DNA of 48,806 nt, from positions 1-48,806 of the forward strand of contig DATJFA010000254.1 of the NCBI GenBank assembly GCA_035496015.1, read 5' to 3'. Origin of the DNA: Terriglobales bacterium (GTDB lineage Bacteria > Acidobacteriota > Terriglobia > Terriglobales > Acidobacteriaceae). The translations under genes were made by a program, and so were the position numbers. Under the pieces are notes generated by a model. It searched no databases and was not told the origin of the DNA. It worked only from the letters and a program-made list of their open reading frames with translations. This document shows, in pieces, positions 8,136 to 15,757 of the stretch (the stretch's first letter is position 1; each line of letters starts with the position of its first letter).

Positions 8136-8816
8136 TCAGGGATGGCTAAGGCTGATGTTGAAGCTCAAGTAATACTGTCCAACCAAGGTCCCACCGTTAT
8201 AGAGGTTGGCAACGTTGGCATTCGAAGCGTTTGGCCCGGTCGTCGGGACGTCGCTCCACGAACTGCAGGGCGAGGAATTGCTCGTGCAGGTCACCGTCGC
8301 GGTGCCGGTCCCCGAAACCTGTGGGGACATAACCAGGGAGTAACCGACTCCTCCATAGCTAAAGTTCGCCCGCATGGCGCAGTTGTTGTCTGAAGTTACA
8401 ATTTGCGTCCAGTTCTGGAGGCCCAGGCTGGGCGTAAAGCAGCGGCTATAGAGCTGGCCATTAAATGGCATCGGACCGGCAAACGGTCCAGCGGGTGAGC
8501 CATTCACCGGGGTTAGTGTCAGATTGAACGAGCGCGAGGAGTTGCTCAAATCGAAACTCCACTGGTAATAGTTGGTCGGGCCGTTGTTGGGAGTAATCTG
8601 GCTAAGAAGCGAGCCAGCGTTGGTATACGGGCCCCCTCCGTCGTCCTGCAGGGTATAAGAGTTGCTGTTGGCATCGCAGCAGCCGCTTGAGATTGTGGCC
8701 GTGACCGAGTACCTGCTGCCCGCCAGCGCGGCGGAGGCGACGACGAGCAGCGCAAACAAGGCACACAACAAACGGCCTGCCGCTGGATTCCTGAGAATCT
8801 GCGCTAAGTTCCTCAT
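8136..8816 (-). CDS. Secreted protein of unknown family (226 aa), paralogous to the C-terminal domain of 9199-10230
   Basis: SD aaggaga and a signal peptide. Conserved blocks are shared with the 351-aa neighbour (RCF…, YxxVMSPxxxGTG, CxxW, VANLY, …SFNISLSHP end). Confidence 0.8.
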   Translation of the reverse strand: MRNLAQILRNPAAGRLLCALFALLVVASAALAGSRYSVTATISSGCCDANSNSYTLQDDGGGPYTNAGSLLSQITPNNGPTNYYQWSFDLSNSSRSFNLTLTPVNGSPAGPFAGPMPFNGQLYSRCFTPSLGLQNWTQIVTSDNNCAMRANFSYGGVGYSLVMSPQVSGTGTATVTCTSNSSPCSSWSDVPTTGPNASNANVANLYNGGTLVGQYYLSFNISLSHP

Positions 8817-8845
8817 GGGTATTCTCCTTAAGTAAGTTGTCTGCT

Positions 8846-8899
8846 TCGAAACAAAGAGGCCGCCAGTCCAAGTCCATTAGGACTCGAACCGACGGCCTC
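8846..8899 (-). terminator. Structured intergenic element / possible terminator after the 66-aa gene
   Basis: On the minus strand, stem gaggccg…cggcctc encloses the inner hairpin agtcc-taat-ggact and is followed by tttgtttcg. A second perfect hairpin gcttcgg-ctgg-ccgaagc lies at 8905-8922. Confidence 0.35.
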
Positions 8900-8945
8900 C
8901 GAGAGCTTCGGCCAGCCGAAGCGGAACCTGGTTTTTCAGTGCTCC

Positions 8946-9146
8946 CTAAGGAGCAAACTTTATTTTCTTTACGGCCAATTCAGCGATCATGGGCAGTCCA
9001 TCCTGGATCTTCAGTTTCTCAATTTCTCCATGCCCGAGTTCAGTGCAATACCGGATGAATTGCAGCCAAGCCGAATGCAGGCTGACCTGCTTGGGCGATC
9101 CAGTCATTTGGCTGGCGGCCGAATGTTTCGCGTTTGCGTCCGGCAT
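8946..9146 (-). CDS. Small cytoplasmic hypothetical protein (66 aa)
   Basis: SD gaggt upstream of the ATG. Protein-like sequence …LHSAWLQFIRYCTELGHGEIEKLKIQDGLPMIAELAVKKIKFAP. No signal peptide. Local GC is visibly lower. Confidence 0.6.
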   Translation of the reverse strand: MPDANAKHSAASQMTGSPKQVSLHSAWLQFIRYCTELGHGEIEKLKIQDGLPMIAELAVKKIKFAP

Positions 9147-9198
9147 ATCCGTTACCTCACCCAGACCATAAAGAAAATTGTCCCCTTATAATTCTGTG

Positions 9199-10230
9199 TT
9201 ACGGGTGCGTCAGGGTAATGTTGAAAGTCATTTTGTATGTCCCGACAAGTGTCAGTCTACCCGCCTTCCCCACCGTGTAGAGGTTAGCCACACTCGCCAG
9301 GCTCGGATTTGGCAGCAGATTACCGGGAGTCGGAGCGATCGTCCAGGCGGTGCAACCATCCGTGGCCGAACTGGCAACGCAGGCGACCGTAGACCAACCG
9401 GTGCCGGCATAGCTCGGGCTCATGACATAGAAATAACCTGTGCCGTTGGCAGCCGTGAAATTAAACCGCAGGGAACAGCGGTTGTTGGAAGTGTTGGCCG
9501 GAATGGTCAAAGGAATGCTCACCCAACTATTGCTTGCGTTAAAGCAGCGGGTGGCTACGGCCAGCGGGTAGAGGCCATCAAGCGCGGACTCGTCCGGGGA
9601 ACCGGGAAGTGCCAGGAAGCTTAGACGTATCTTGCGATTGCTGCCGGAGTAGGCGCGCAAATACCAGTCATTAGGCAGCAGGCTCATTGTGATGCAGGTT
9701 TTTTGCGCCGCAGTTGAATAAGTGGAACAGCTGTTGGGATCATTCTCATAGGTTGAAGCCCCTGAGGAGTTAAGAACCAGATCATCGCCCTGAACCGTCA
9801 CCGCGGCCCCGGTTGTGTCGGTATTGGACACAATAGACGTCACAGCCTCCGGATTGACCGTGAATTGATCACTCCCCACACCGGTGCGGCCGCTTGTATT
9901 TTTGACCACGATGTCGTAGCCGCTGACGGTTGCGTTCCCCGGAATGGTGATGTTCGCCACCACCTGGCTGGAGTTGACGAAGGTGGTTGAGTTCACCATG
10001 ACACCGCCGGTGTCAGTTGTGCCGGTGACGTACCAGGTGGTTGTCGCACCATTGGCAAATCCGCTACCGGCAACCTTTACGTTAAGGTTAACCGTGCCCT
10101 GCTGAGCATTATTTGGGGTGGCGGAGGTGACAGTGATCTGCCCAGCTGCGCGCTGCACGTTGAACCCCAGCACGATAGCGACCAAACACCCGCCGGTTAA
10201 AGCCCTTAGCGTCTTGGGTTGTTTTCGCAT
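9199..10230 (-). CDS. Secreted protein: N-terminal Ig-like (IPT/TIG-like) domain plus an unknown C-terminal domain shared with 8136-8816
   Basis: The ATG at 10230 has the SD aggtga and a signal peptide (MRKQPKTLRALTGGCLVAIVLGF…AAG). The C-terminus …VANLYTVGKAGRLTLVGTYKMTFNITLTHP parallels the 226-aa protein. Confidence 0.8.
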   Translation of the reverse strand: MRKQPKTLRALTGGCLVAIVLGFNVQRAAGQITVTSATPNNAQQGTVNLNVKVAGSGFANGATTTWYVTGTTDTGGVMVNSTTFVNSSQVVANITIPGNATVSGYDIVVKNTSGRTGVGSDQFTVNPEAVTSIVSNTDTTGAAVTVQGDDLVLNSSGASTYENDPNSCSTYSTAAQKTCITMSLLPNDWYLRAYSGSNRKIRLSFLALPGSPDESALDGLYPLAVATRCFNASNSWVSIPLTIPANTSNNRCSLRFNFTAANGTGYFYVMSPSYAGTGWSTVACVASSATDGCTAWTIAPTPGNLLPNPSLASVANLYTVGKAGRLTLVGTYKMTFNITLTHP

Positions 10231-10269
10231 GGGTTTCTCACCTGCCATCTTCAAAAGACTGCTTGTCCG

Positions 10270-10300
10270 TATTACACGGACTCGGCTGAGCTTTTTCCGG
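10270..10300 (-). promoter_or_regulatory. Candidate ECF-type promoter motif upstream of the 351-aa secreted protein gene
   Basis: The minus strand reads ccggaaaaagctcagccgagtccgtgtaata. It begins 6 nt after the CHAT gene stop, about 40 nt upstream of the ATG at 10230. Confidence 0.4.
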
Positions 10301-10305
10301 AAAAT

Positions 10306-13254
10306 TTAATCCATACTTCCCACCAGCACAAATGGAGCCCAGAAATAAGGCCGGTCGTAGGGGCCACCTTTGCTCCGCATGGCGTGTTCGGCGGCGCTCA
10401 GAGCGCCTGCTTTGCTGTTGCCGGGAAGCCGGCGATAAAAGTCGGCCATAAACTGCGCCGTGGACTTGTCGTTTACCTCCCACAGGCTGGCCAGCACCGT
10501 CCGGCTCCCTGCAGTCAAAAAGGCGCGTGTCAAACCTACAAAATCGTCGCCGGCAGGTATTTCGCTGAAATAGCCGCTGCCTAAGGCGGTGTCACATGCG
10601 CTGAGTGTTACCAGGCTGGCGTGTAGATGAAGCCCAAGGATTTCATGCACTTCCAGAAGTCCGTCGTCTTGGCCGCTGGCCTCCAACTCCAATCCTGAAA
10701 GCAGGGGGGCGTAACGGTTCAAATACCCATGTGTAGCCAGGTGAAGGAAGCGATAATTGCTCGCGCTTCGCTCGAATCTATCCTTGGTGGCGTTCTTGCC
10801 GGTCAGGATCAGCTTTTTGGAGGGAAACAGCCGACCGACGTCCGTCACCTCATCAGCGGCATATTTCAGATGGGCGCGCGCCGGCGCCATGGCCAGCAGG
10901 TCGCCCTTGGGCGCAGGGCCGCGATGCAAGGTCAGCACTGCGGCAGACGGCAGATAGGCGAGAGCGTACTCATCTCCCAGGAAACGGCCTCCCTCGCTTG
11001 CTGTGCGCGCCAAGGCAGCAAATGGCAAATAATTCAGAACGCCATTGGGCACAAGATATAGCCTTTGCACGCCTGCGAGCCAGCCCTGCTGCTCCACTGG
11101 GCTGATCAGCACATGACGCAGACCGGCTGCTGGAAGTCGCCAGGAATGCCCATTCGCACGTACAATCAGATCCCGCAGCAGTTCCACCCGCGAGCGCAGG
11201 TTTTCCGCCCGAATAGATACGGTCGTGGCGCGTATCTTCTCAGAAGTGAGCACAAAGATGGCCAGGTTGTCTTCCGCAATCACGTATTCGATCAGAGCAG
11301 TGTTGGGCGGAAGCAGCTTTTGCAGTTGCGCCGCGGATGGAAGGGCCAGCGCGTGCCATGTCACATAGGTCGGGTCGGAGCGACGCAGATCGTCCAGCAA
11401 GTCCTGGTAAGCACGCTCAGCAGCCGCCAGATCCTTGGAAAATGTATCCAGTGCCTGCCCGCGGCGCTGGTTGGCCGGCTGCGTCCATTCTGCATTGATC
11501 AGCCTGCGCAGCTGACGGATGCGCTCCCTCAACTCCATCTCCGTCTGTCGCTGCACTGCATTTTGGGGGCCGGGCATGCCCCGGTTGAGCTGGTCGAGGA
11601 AGCTTTGTGCCCTTAATCTTTCGGAATAAACGAAGGCCTCACCCGGCTGCTGCAACTTCAGCAACAGCTCCACCAGCGCCACATAGACCTGATATTTATC
11701 CTCTACGTAGCCTGCGCGAAAACGTTCCTCGGCAAGCTGGCCACGCACACCCTCGATGATGGTTACGGCCTGCTTGTAGGCCGTCAGCGCTTCGTGCAGC
11801 CGCCCCAGCTTTTCCAGACACTGCCCGCGTCCATAAGCGATTTGCCAGTCGAGGTCGGGGTCCCGCACCATCTTTTCGATTTCGGAAGCCGCAGTGTATT
11901 CCCCCAGGGCCGCCTCCGATTGCTGGCCCATCCGCCGGGTCTCGGCCAAGCCGTAATGAGCCCAGGCCTCACGCGGCGGAATGGCTGAGCCTTGCGCCGC
12001 TGCCAGTGCTTCTTTGGCCTCCGTCTGTGCCTCAACCAGCTTGCCCCCGCGGCCATGCTCAAGCGCCAGCTCCATTAGCGCTTGCGCAGCGCTGTCCTGA
12101 TCACCTGCTTTGCGCGCTCGGTTCAAGGCAGCCTCATATAATCCTTCGGCTTGCGGGTAGCGCTTGCGCCGCCACTCCAGATTGCCAAGCGACAGCAGAT
12201 TGGTCATGATGCCGCGATCATTGCCGATAGTTTGGGCGATCTCCAGGGCGTGCCGGAAGTCCTGTTCCCCCGAGGAAGAATCCCCCAGCATGACGTATAA
12301 ATTGCCGGTATCGTTCAACGCTTCCACCAATTCGCGTTTGAGCTCCGCGTGCTCGTAGACCTTCTGCGCCTGCTCATATTCCTGTATGGCCGGCCCAAAT
12401 TTGCCCAAACGCAACAGGGTTTCGCCCTTGCCTTTGTGCCAGTCCGCCTGTTCTTTCTCCAGTCCCGCATCTTGTGCCAGGCGCAGCGCCTGGTCAAAGC
12501 TGGACAGCGCCTTTTCGCTGTCACCTAATGCCGTGTAGCAGATGGCCATGTTGCCCAGCTCAATGCTGGCAGTGGGTGTGAGCCCGAGGCGCTCATGGAT
12601 GGCCAGAGCTTGCTGGTAATACTCCAGAGCTTTCCGGTATTCACCCAGCAGCAGGTGAACACCACCCATATTGGCCAAGGTGTCGCCCTGGCCACGCTGA
12701 TTGTCCGAGGCGCGGTGAATCCGCAACGCCTGCTCATATTGCCTCTGGGATTGGCGGTAGTCGCCCAGTTCGTCATAGACCAGTCCCAGGTTGTTGTGCG
12801 CCTGGCCCTCCAGTTCGTGCTCGTTGAGCTCATGTCCCAGCGCGATAGCTTCCTGAAAATGGCCAATCGCCTTGCCGTATTCGGCCCTGTCCCAGTAAAT
12901 GAGGCCTAACTGGTTGTGCGATCTCCCCACTTCCAGCTTGTCGCCAAGCTCCTGTTTAATCGCCATCGCGCGTTGTACATAGTCCAGGGCGCGTGGAAGG
13001 TCGCCCGCGCGCCGATAGCAATTCCCCATGTAGCCGAGGGTGATTGCTTCCCGGTGCCGGTCCCTGGATTCGCGGAACATCTCCAGGGCATGTTCGAACT
13101 CGGGAAGCGCCACTTTTGGCCCTTGTTGAATGTACGTCTGTCGCGCGTGTGCAATCAGTTCGTCAGGATCTGGCGGCCGGGCAGGGCGATTCTGCGCGCT
13201 CCCCGGAGCTGCACACAGAAAGGCCGCGAACAGCAATAAAAAACTTACTTTCAC
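10306..13254 (-). CDS. Secreted TPR-repeat + CHAT (caspase-like) domain protease
   Basis: Sec-type signal MKVSFLLLFAAFLCAAPGSAQ and many TPR units (…NLGLVYDELGDYRQSQRQYEQALRI…). The C-terminal CHAT domain has His in FLHLATHGY and Cys in LVTLSACDTALG. The GTG start has the SD ggagaa, 17 nt after the anti-sigma stop. Confidence 0.9.
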   Translation of the reverse strand: MKVSFLLLFAAFLCAAPGSAQNRPARPPDPDELIAHARQTYIQQGPKVALPEFEHALEMFRESRDRHREAITLGYMGNCYRRAGDLPRALDYVQRAMAIKQELGDKLEVGRSHNQLGLIYWDRAEYGKAIGHFQEAIALGHELNEHELEGQAHNNLGLVYDELGDYRQSQRQYEQALRIHRASDNQRGQGDTLANMGGVHLLLGEYRKALEYYQQALAIHERLGLTPTASIELGNMAICYTALGDSEKALSSFDQALRLAQDAGLEKEQADWHKGKGETLLRLGKFGPAIQEYEQAQKVYEHAELKRELVEALNDTGNLYVMLGDSSSGEQDFRHALEIAQTIGNDRGIMTNLLSLGNLEWRRKRYPQAEGLYEAALNRARKAGDQDSAAQALMELALEHGRGGKLVEAQTEAKEALAAAQGSAIPPREAWAHYGLAETRRMGQQSEAALGEYTAASEIEKMVRDPDLDWQIAYGRGQCLEKLGRLHEALTAYKQAVTIIEGVRGQLAEERFRAGYVEDKYQVYVALVELLLKLQQPGEAFVYSERLRAQSFLDQLNRGMPGPQNAVQRQTEMELRERIRQLRRLINAEWTQPANQRRGQALDTFSKDLAAAERAYQDLLDDLRRSDPTYVTWHALALPSAAQLQKLLPPNTALIEYVIAEDNLAIFVLTSEKIRATTVSIRAENLRSRVELLRDLIVRANGHSWRLPAAGLRHVLISPVEQQGWLAGVQRLYLVPNGVLNYLPFAALARTASEGGRFLGDEYALAYLPSAAVLTLHRGPAPKGDLLAMAPARAHLKYAADEVTDVGRLFPSKKLILTGKNATKDRFERSASNYRFLHLATHGYLNRYAPLLSGLELEASGQDDGLLEVHEILGLHLHASLVTLSACDTALGSGYFSEIPAGDDFVGLTRAFLTAGSRTVLASLWEVNDKSTAQFMADFYRRLPGNSKAGALSAAEHAMRSKGGPYDRPYFWAPFVLVGSMD

Positions 13255-13271
13255 CCGACATTCTCCAGTGA

Positions 13272-14033
13272 CTATCTGGCAATTGTGAAGGGCACCGGCT
13301 CGGACTTAATTGTCCTGCCATCGTGCAGATAGGCACGCACCCATACAAAGTAGTTCCCCGGTTGTAGCGGCAACTCGGGTGGCAGCTGCGCCGTGGGACT
13401 TGACGCCTGTCCTTGCCACGTCAAGTCACCTTCGGAATTCGCAACCCGCAGCTCGTAGTAAGCAGCATCGCCCACCGGTTTCCAGCGAAACCGTAAGCGG
13501 TATCTAAGCACCACCGATTCCGGCTGAGGCTCCAGCACTTCCACCATCTGCGCCGGCCTCAGCTTGCGGACATATTGCTCCTCCGTAGGCTGGGATGGGG
13601 GTTGCAGGCTGGCCATGGGCGGCTGCGACTTCTCAATTGCGGAAGCGGATATCGAAGCCGAAGACCGGCCAGGTGGCAGCGCTCGCAGCAAGACCAGAGC
13701 GGCAACAACGAGGGCGGCGAACGCCGGAACCAGCACCCATCGCCGCGGGCTTCGCCACCCGGTTCCTGCGGGTATGGCGCTGGCTGCCTTACCAATCAAC
13801 TGAGGCGGGGCTTCCGAAAGTTGCGGAGCCCTCTGCTGCCGAACCAGCCCTCCGAGGATATCCAGACAGAAGTCGCAATCTGAGAGATGTGCCTCGAGAC
13901 GTGCCCTTTCTTTCGGCCCTAGATGTTGTTCTAAATAGGCGGCTACCACCTTGTCGGATGGGCAGTTCCATCTTCGCGGCGCAATTTTTCGTGGTCCTGA
14001 CCCGATGGTCCGAATTAGTTCGTATTCATCCAT
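13272..14033 (-). CDS. zf-HC2 type single-pass anti-sigma factor with an extracytoplasmic Ig/Fn3-like domain
   Basis: CPSDK…HLSDCDFC zinc-finger motif, TM segment WVLVPAFAALVVAALVLL, and a C-terminal beta-rich domain (RFRWKPVGDAAYYELRV…GNYFVWVRAY). Confidence 0.8.
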   Translation of the reverse strand: MDEYELIRTIGSGPRKIAPRRWNCPSDKVVAAYLEQHLGPKERARLEAHLSDCDFCLDILGGLVRQQRAPQLSEAPPQLIGKAASAIPAGTGWRSPRRWVLVPAFAALVVAALVLLRALPPGRSSASISASAIEKSQPPMASLQPPSQPTEEQYVRKLRPAQMVEVLEPQPESVVLRYRLRFRWKPVGDAAYYELRVANSEGDLTWQGQASSPTAQLPPELPLQPGNYFVWVRAYLHDGRTIKSEPVPFTIAR

Positions 14034-14107
14034 GACTAAAAAGCTGAGGCTGGGGCATTTTCTGTCCCACTCCTATTTCACGGACACCAGCTGCGCTTTT
14101 CCGCCGG

Positions 14108-14917
14108 TCAGGTCATGTTTTTTCGCAGTTTCTCAAGAATGGCTGCAATTTGGCGATGGATCCACTGCGCATCACTGGCCGCCGTAAGCCGCGCGATCTC
14201 TTCCAGGGTCAGGCTCTGTTCAAAGCGCAGGCGGATGAGCAGCCGTTCAGGCTTGGTCAGCTTCTGGAGGGCTATCCAGAGCTGGTGTTCCTGTTCACGG
14301 GAGGCCAGCGCCAATTCCTGGTTGGGGTGTGGATCGGCCGGGTCATTGGCCGGCGCTTCCATTACACCGATGTTTGATTCCTGCGACATTGATTGCCGCT
14401 GCAGCTTTTGCGTGCTTCTGAGCCAATGCTGCCGCGAACTCAGTGATGCCTGAATCTGCCCTTCGGCGGCGGCAAGCCGCTCCAGGGTCAGCCCGGGAAA
14501 GGCCGGCCGCAGCGAGACCAGGGTATCCTCCAGGGACAGGCCCTTTTCGAAATGACAGCGGTAAACCTCCGCTTCCAGAGGCGGAAGCTGCGCGATGGAA
14601 CGAAACAGGCGTGGCCGGCCAAACTCCTTGCGCCGCCAATCAAGGCATAGGTTGCGGACCACCACGCGCAACCAGGTGGAAAACGCTGCCGATCCAGCCG
14701 GCCGAAAGCGCAGCAACCGGCGAAAACCATTCTTGCTCAGCTGTTCGCAGGCGAACAGAAAACAGTCCCCCGCCTGATCTTCGTCAGAGGTCGAATACCG
14801 GCAGGTTTCGAAGATAACGGAGCTGTACTGGCCTAAGAATTCCGCCCACACCTCTTGCGAGCGGCTAGAGCGAAGTCCTTCCAGGAGCAAAGCGACCGCA
14901 GAGTCTTGCGTGGACAT
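14108..14917 (-). CDS. ECF-like sigma-70 factor with an extra sigma-4-like segment
   Basis: Region 2 (…FSTWLRVVVRNLCLDWRRK) and two HTH-like region-4 segments (LPPLEAEVYRCHFEKGLSLEDTL and LTKPERLLIRLRFEQSLTLEEIARL). The ATG at 14917 is preferred over the track's GTG at 14956. Confidence 0.8.
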   Translation of the reverse strand: MSTQDSAVALLLEGLRSSRSQEVWAEFLGQYSSVIFETCRYSTSDEDQAGDCFLFACEQLSKNGFRRLLRFRPAGSAAFSTWLRVVVRNLCLDWRRKEFGRPRLFRSIAQLPPLEAEVYRCHFEKGLSLEDTLVSLRPAFPGLTLERLAAAEGQIQASLSSRQHWLRSTQKLQRQSMSQESNIGVMEAPANDPADPHPNQELALASREQEHQLWIALQKLTKPERLLIRLRFEQSLTLEEIARLTAASDAQWIHRQIAAILEKLRKNMT

Positions 14918-15299
14918 CTGGTCTTGCCTGGGGCAACGCCGGAATACTCCGGACACTTGCGGAGCGCGCGCAGTCTAGCCGAGGAAACCCACAAAGTCCA
15001 GCAGGTTATTGGACTAAGGGGAGAAACATCGGCTCACAACCTTCTTCTGTGCGGCTGTTGAAATGATGTGCTAGAAGAGCTTCTTCGACGTGCTTGACAG
15101 GACTGCCTTCACTGCCGGGCAGAGTCAAATGGCAATTAAGATTCAGGCGATTGTTTAACAACTCTATGAAACAAAATAGATTAGGGCTTTGTTCTTGAGT
15201 CCTATCAAGCGAGCAGGAGCACTGAGCAGACGGGGGCTAGATGCTGCTAGACACGATTCTACACAGGGCTAGAAATAATTCTCTCACCCGTAGTCGCCG

Positions 15300-15470
15300 C
15301 CCTAAGGCTCCGCCCACCCAACGAAAAGCGCGTTGGGTGGGGCACCCCGTTTCGTTTATGGATATACTGCGCGGTGTGAGGGGGGAAGGTGGGCCACCCG
15401 CCCAAGCCATAGTTTGGGGGAACGTCCCGTCTGTCCCTAGGTTTCGCCCAGGTTTCGCCAGGGTGTTCCC
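15300..15470. repeat. REP-like composite element
   Basis: 10-bp hairpin cccacccaac-gaaaagcgc-gttgggtggg (15313-15341), then gggggaacgtcccgtctgtccctaggtttcgcccaggtttcgcc (15416-15463). Confidence 0.75.
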
Positions 15471-15609
15471 GCCCTGCCACCAGTTAGGAGATCGCGGATG
15501 CTTCAATATCGTGTGGCTTTCTTTGTCGCATTGATGACATTAGTTTTTGTGAAGCCTGACTCTTCTGCTCAGGTCGCCAGGATTTTGGGACTGCCCGGAG
15601 TAGTGCATT

Positions 15610-15720
15610 GAGACCCACAGGTTCTCCCCAGGTTCTCCCTTCCCAAACCCGTGGGGAACCTTTGGGTCAGAATTTCGCCCACCCAACGAAAAGCACGTTG
15701 GGTGGGGCACCCTCCGTTGG
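15610..15720. repeat. REP-like composite element (second copy, different arrangement)
   Basis: caggttctcc x2 (15616-15639) and hairpin cccacccaac-gaaaagcac-gttgggtggg (15678-15706). Confidence 0.75.
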
Positions 15721-15757
15721 TGGCAGCGGTACGCCCGCTGCCACGTCGTGCTCACCC

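Noticed and set aside
10306-13254. Whether the TPR-CHAT gene belongs to a type III-E CRISPR locus.
   Set aside because: No gRAMP/Cas7-11-like giant gene, no csx30/csx31-like genes and no repeat-spacer array occur anywhere in the window. The protein also has a secretion signal, unlike Csx29.
14957-15240. A copy of the GAAA-N16-CGTGTAAT motif upstream of the sigma gene (autoregulation), and upstream of the NHL gene (18875-19000).
   Set aside because: Only loose resemblances are present (gtgtccggagtattcc at about 14940-14956, ccgacgtaagtcc at about 18945-18960) with no matching -35 part. This is not enough to claim.
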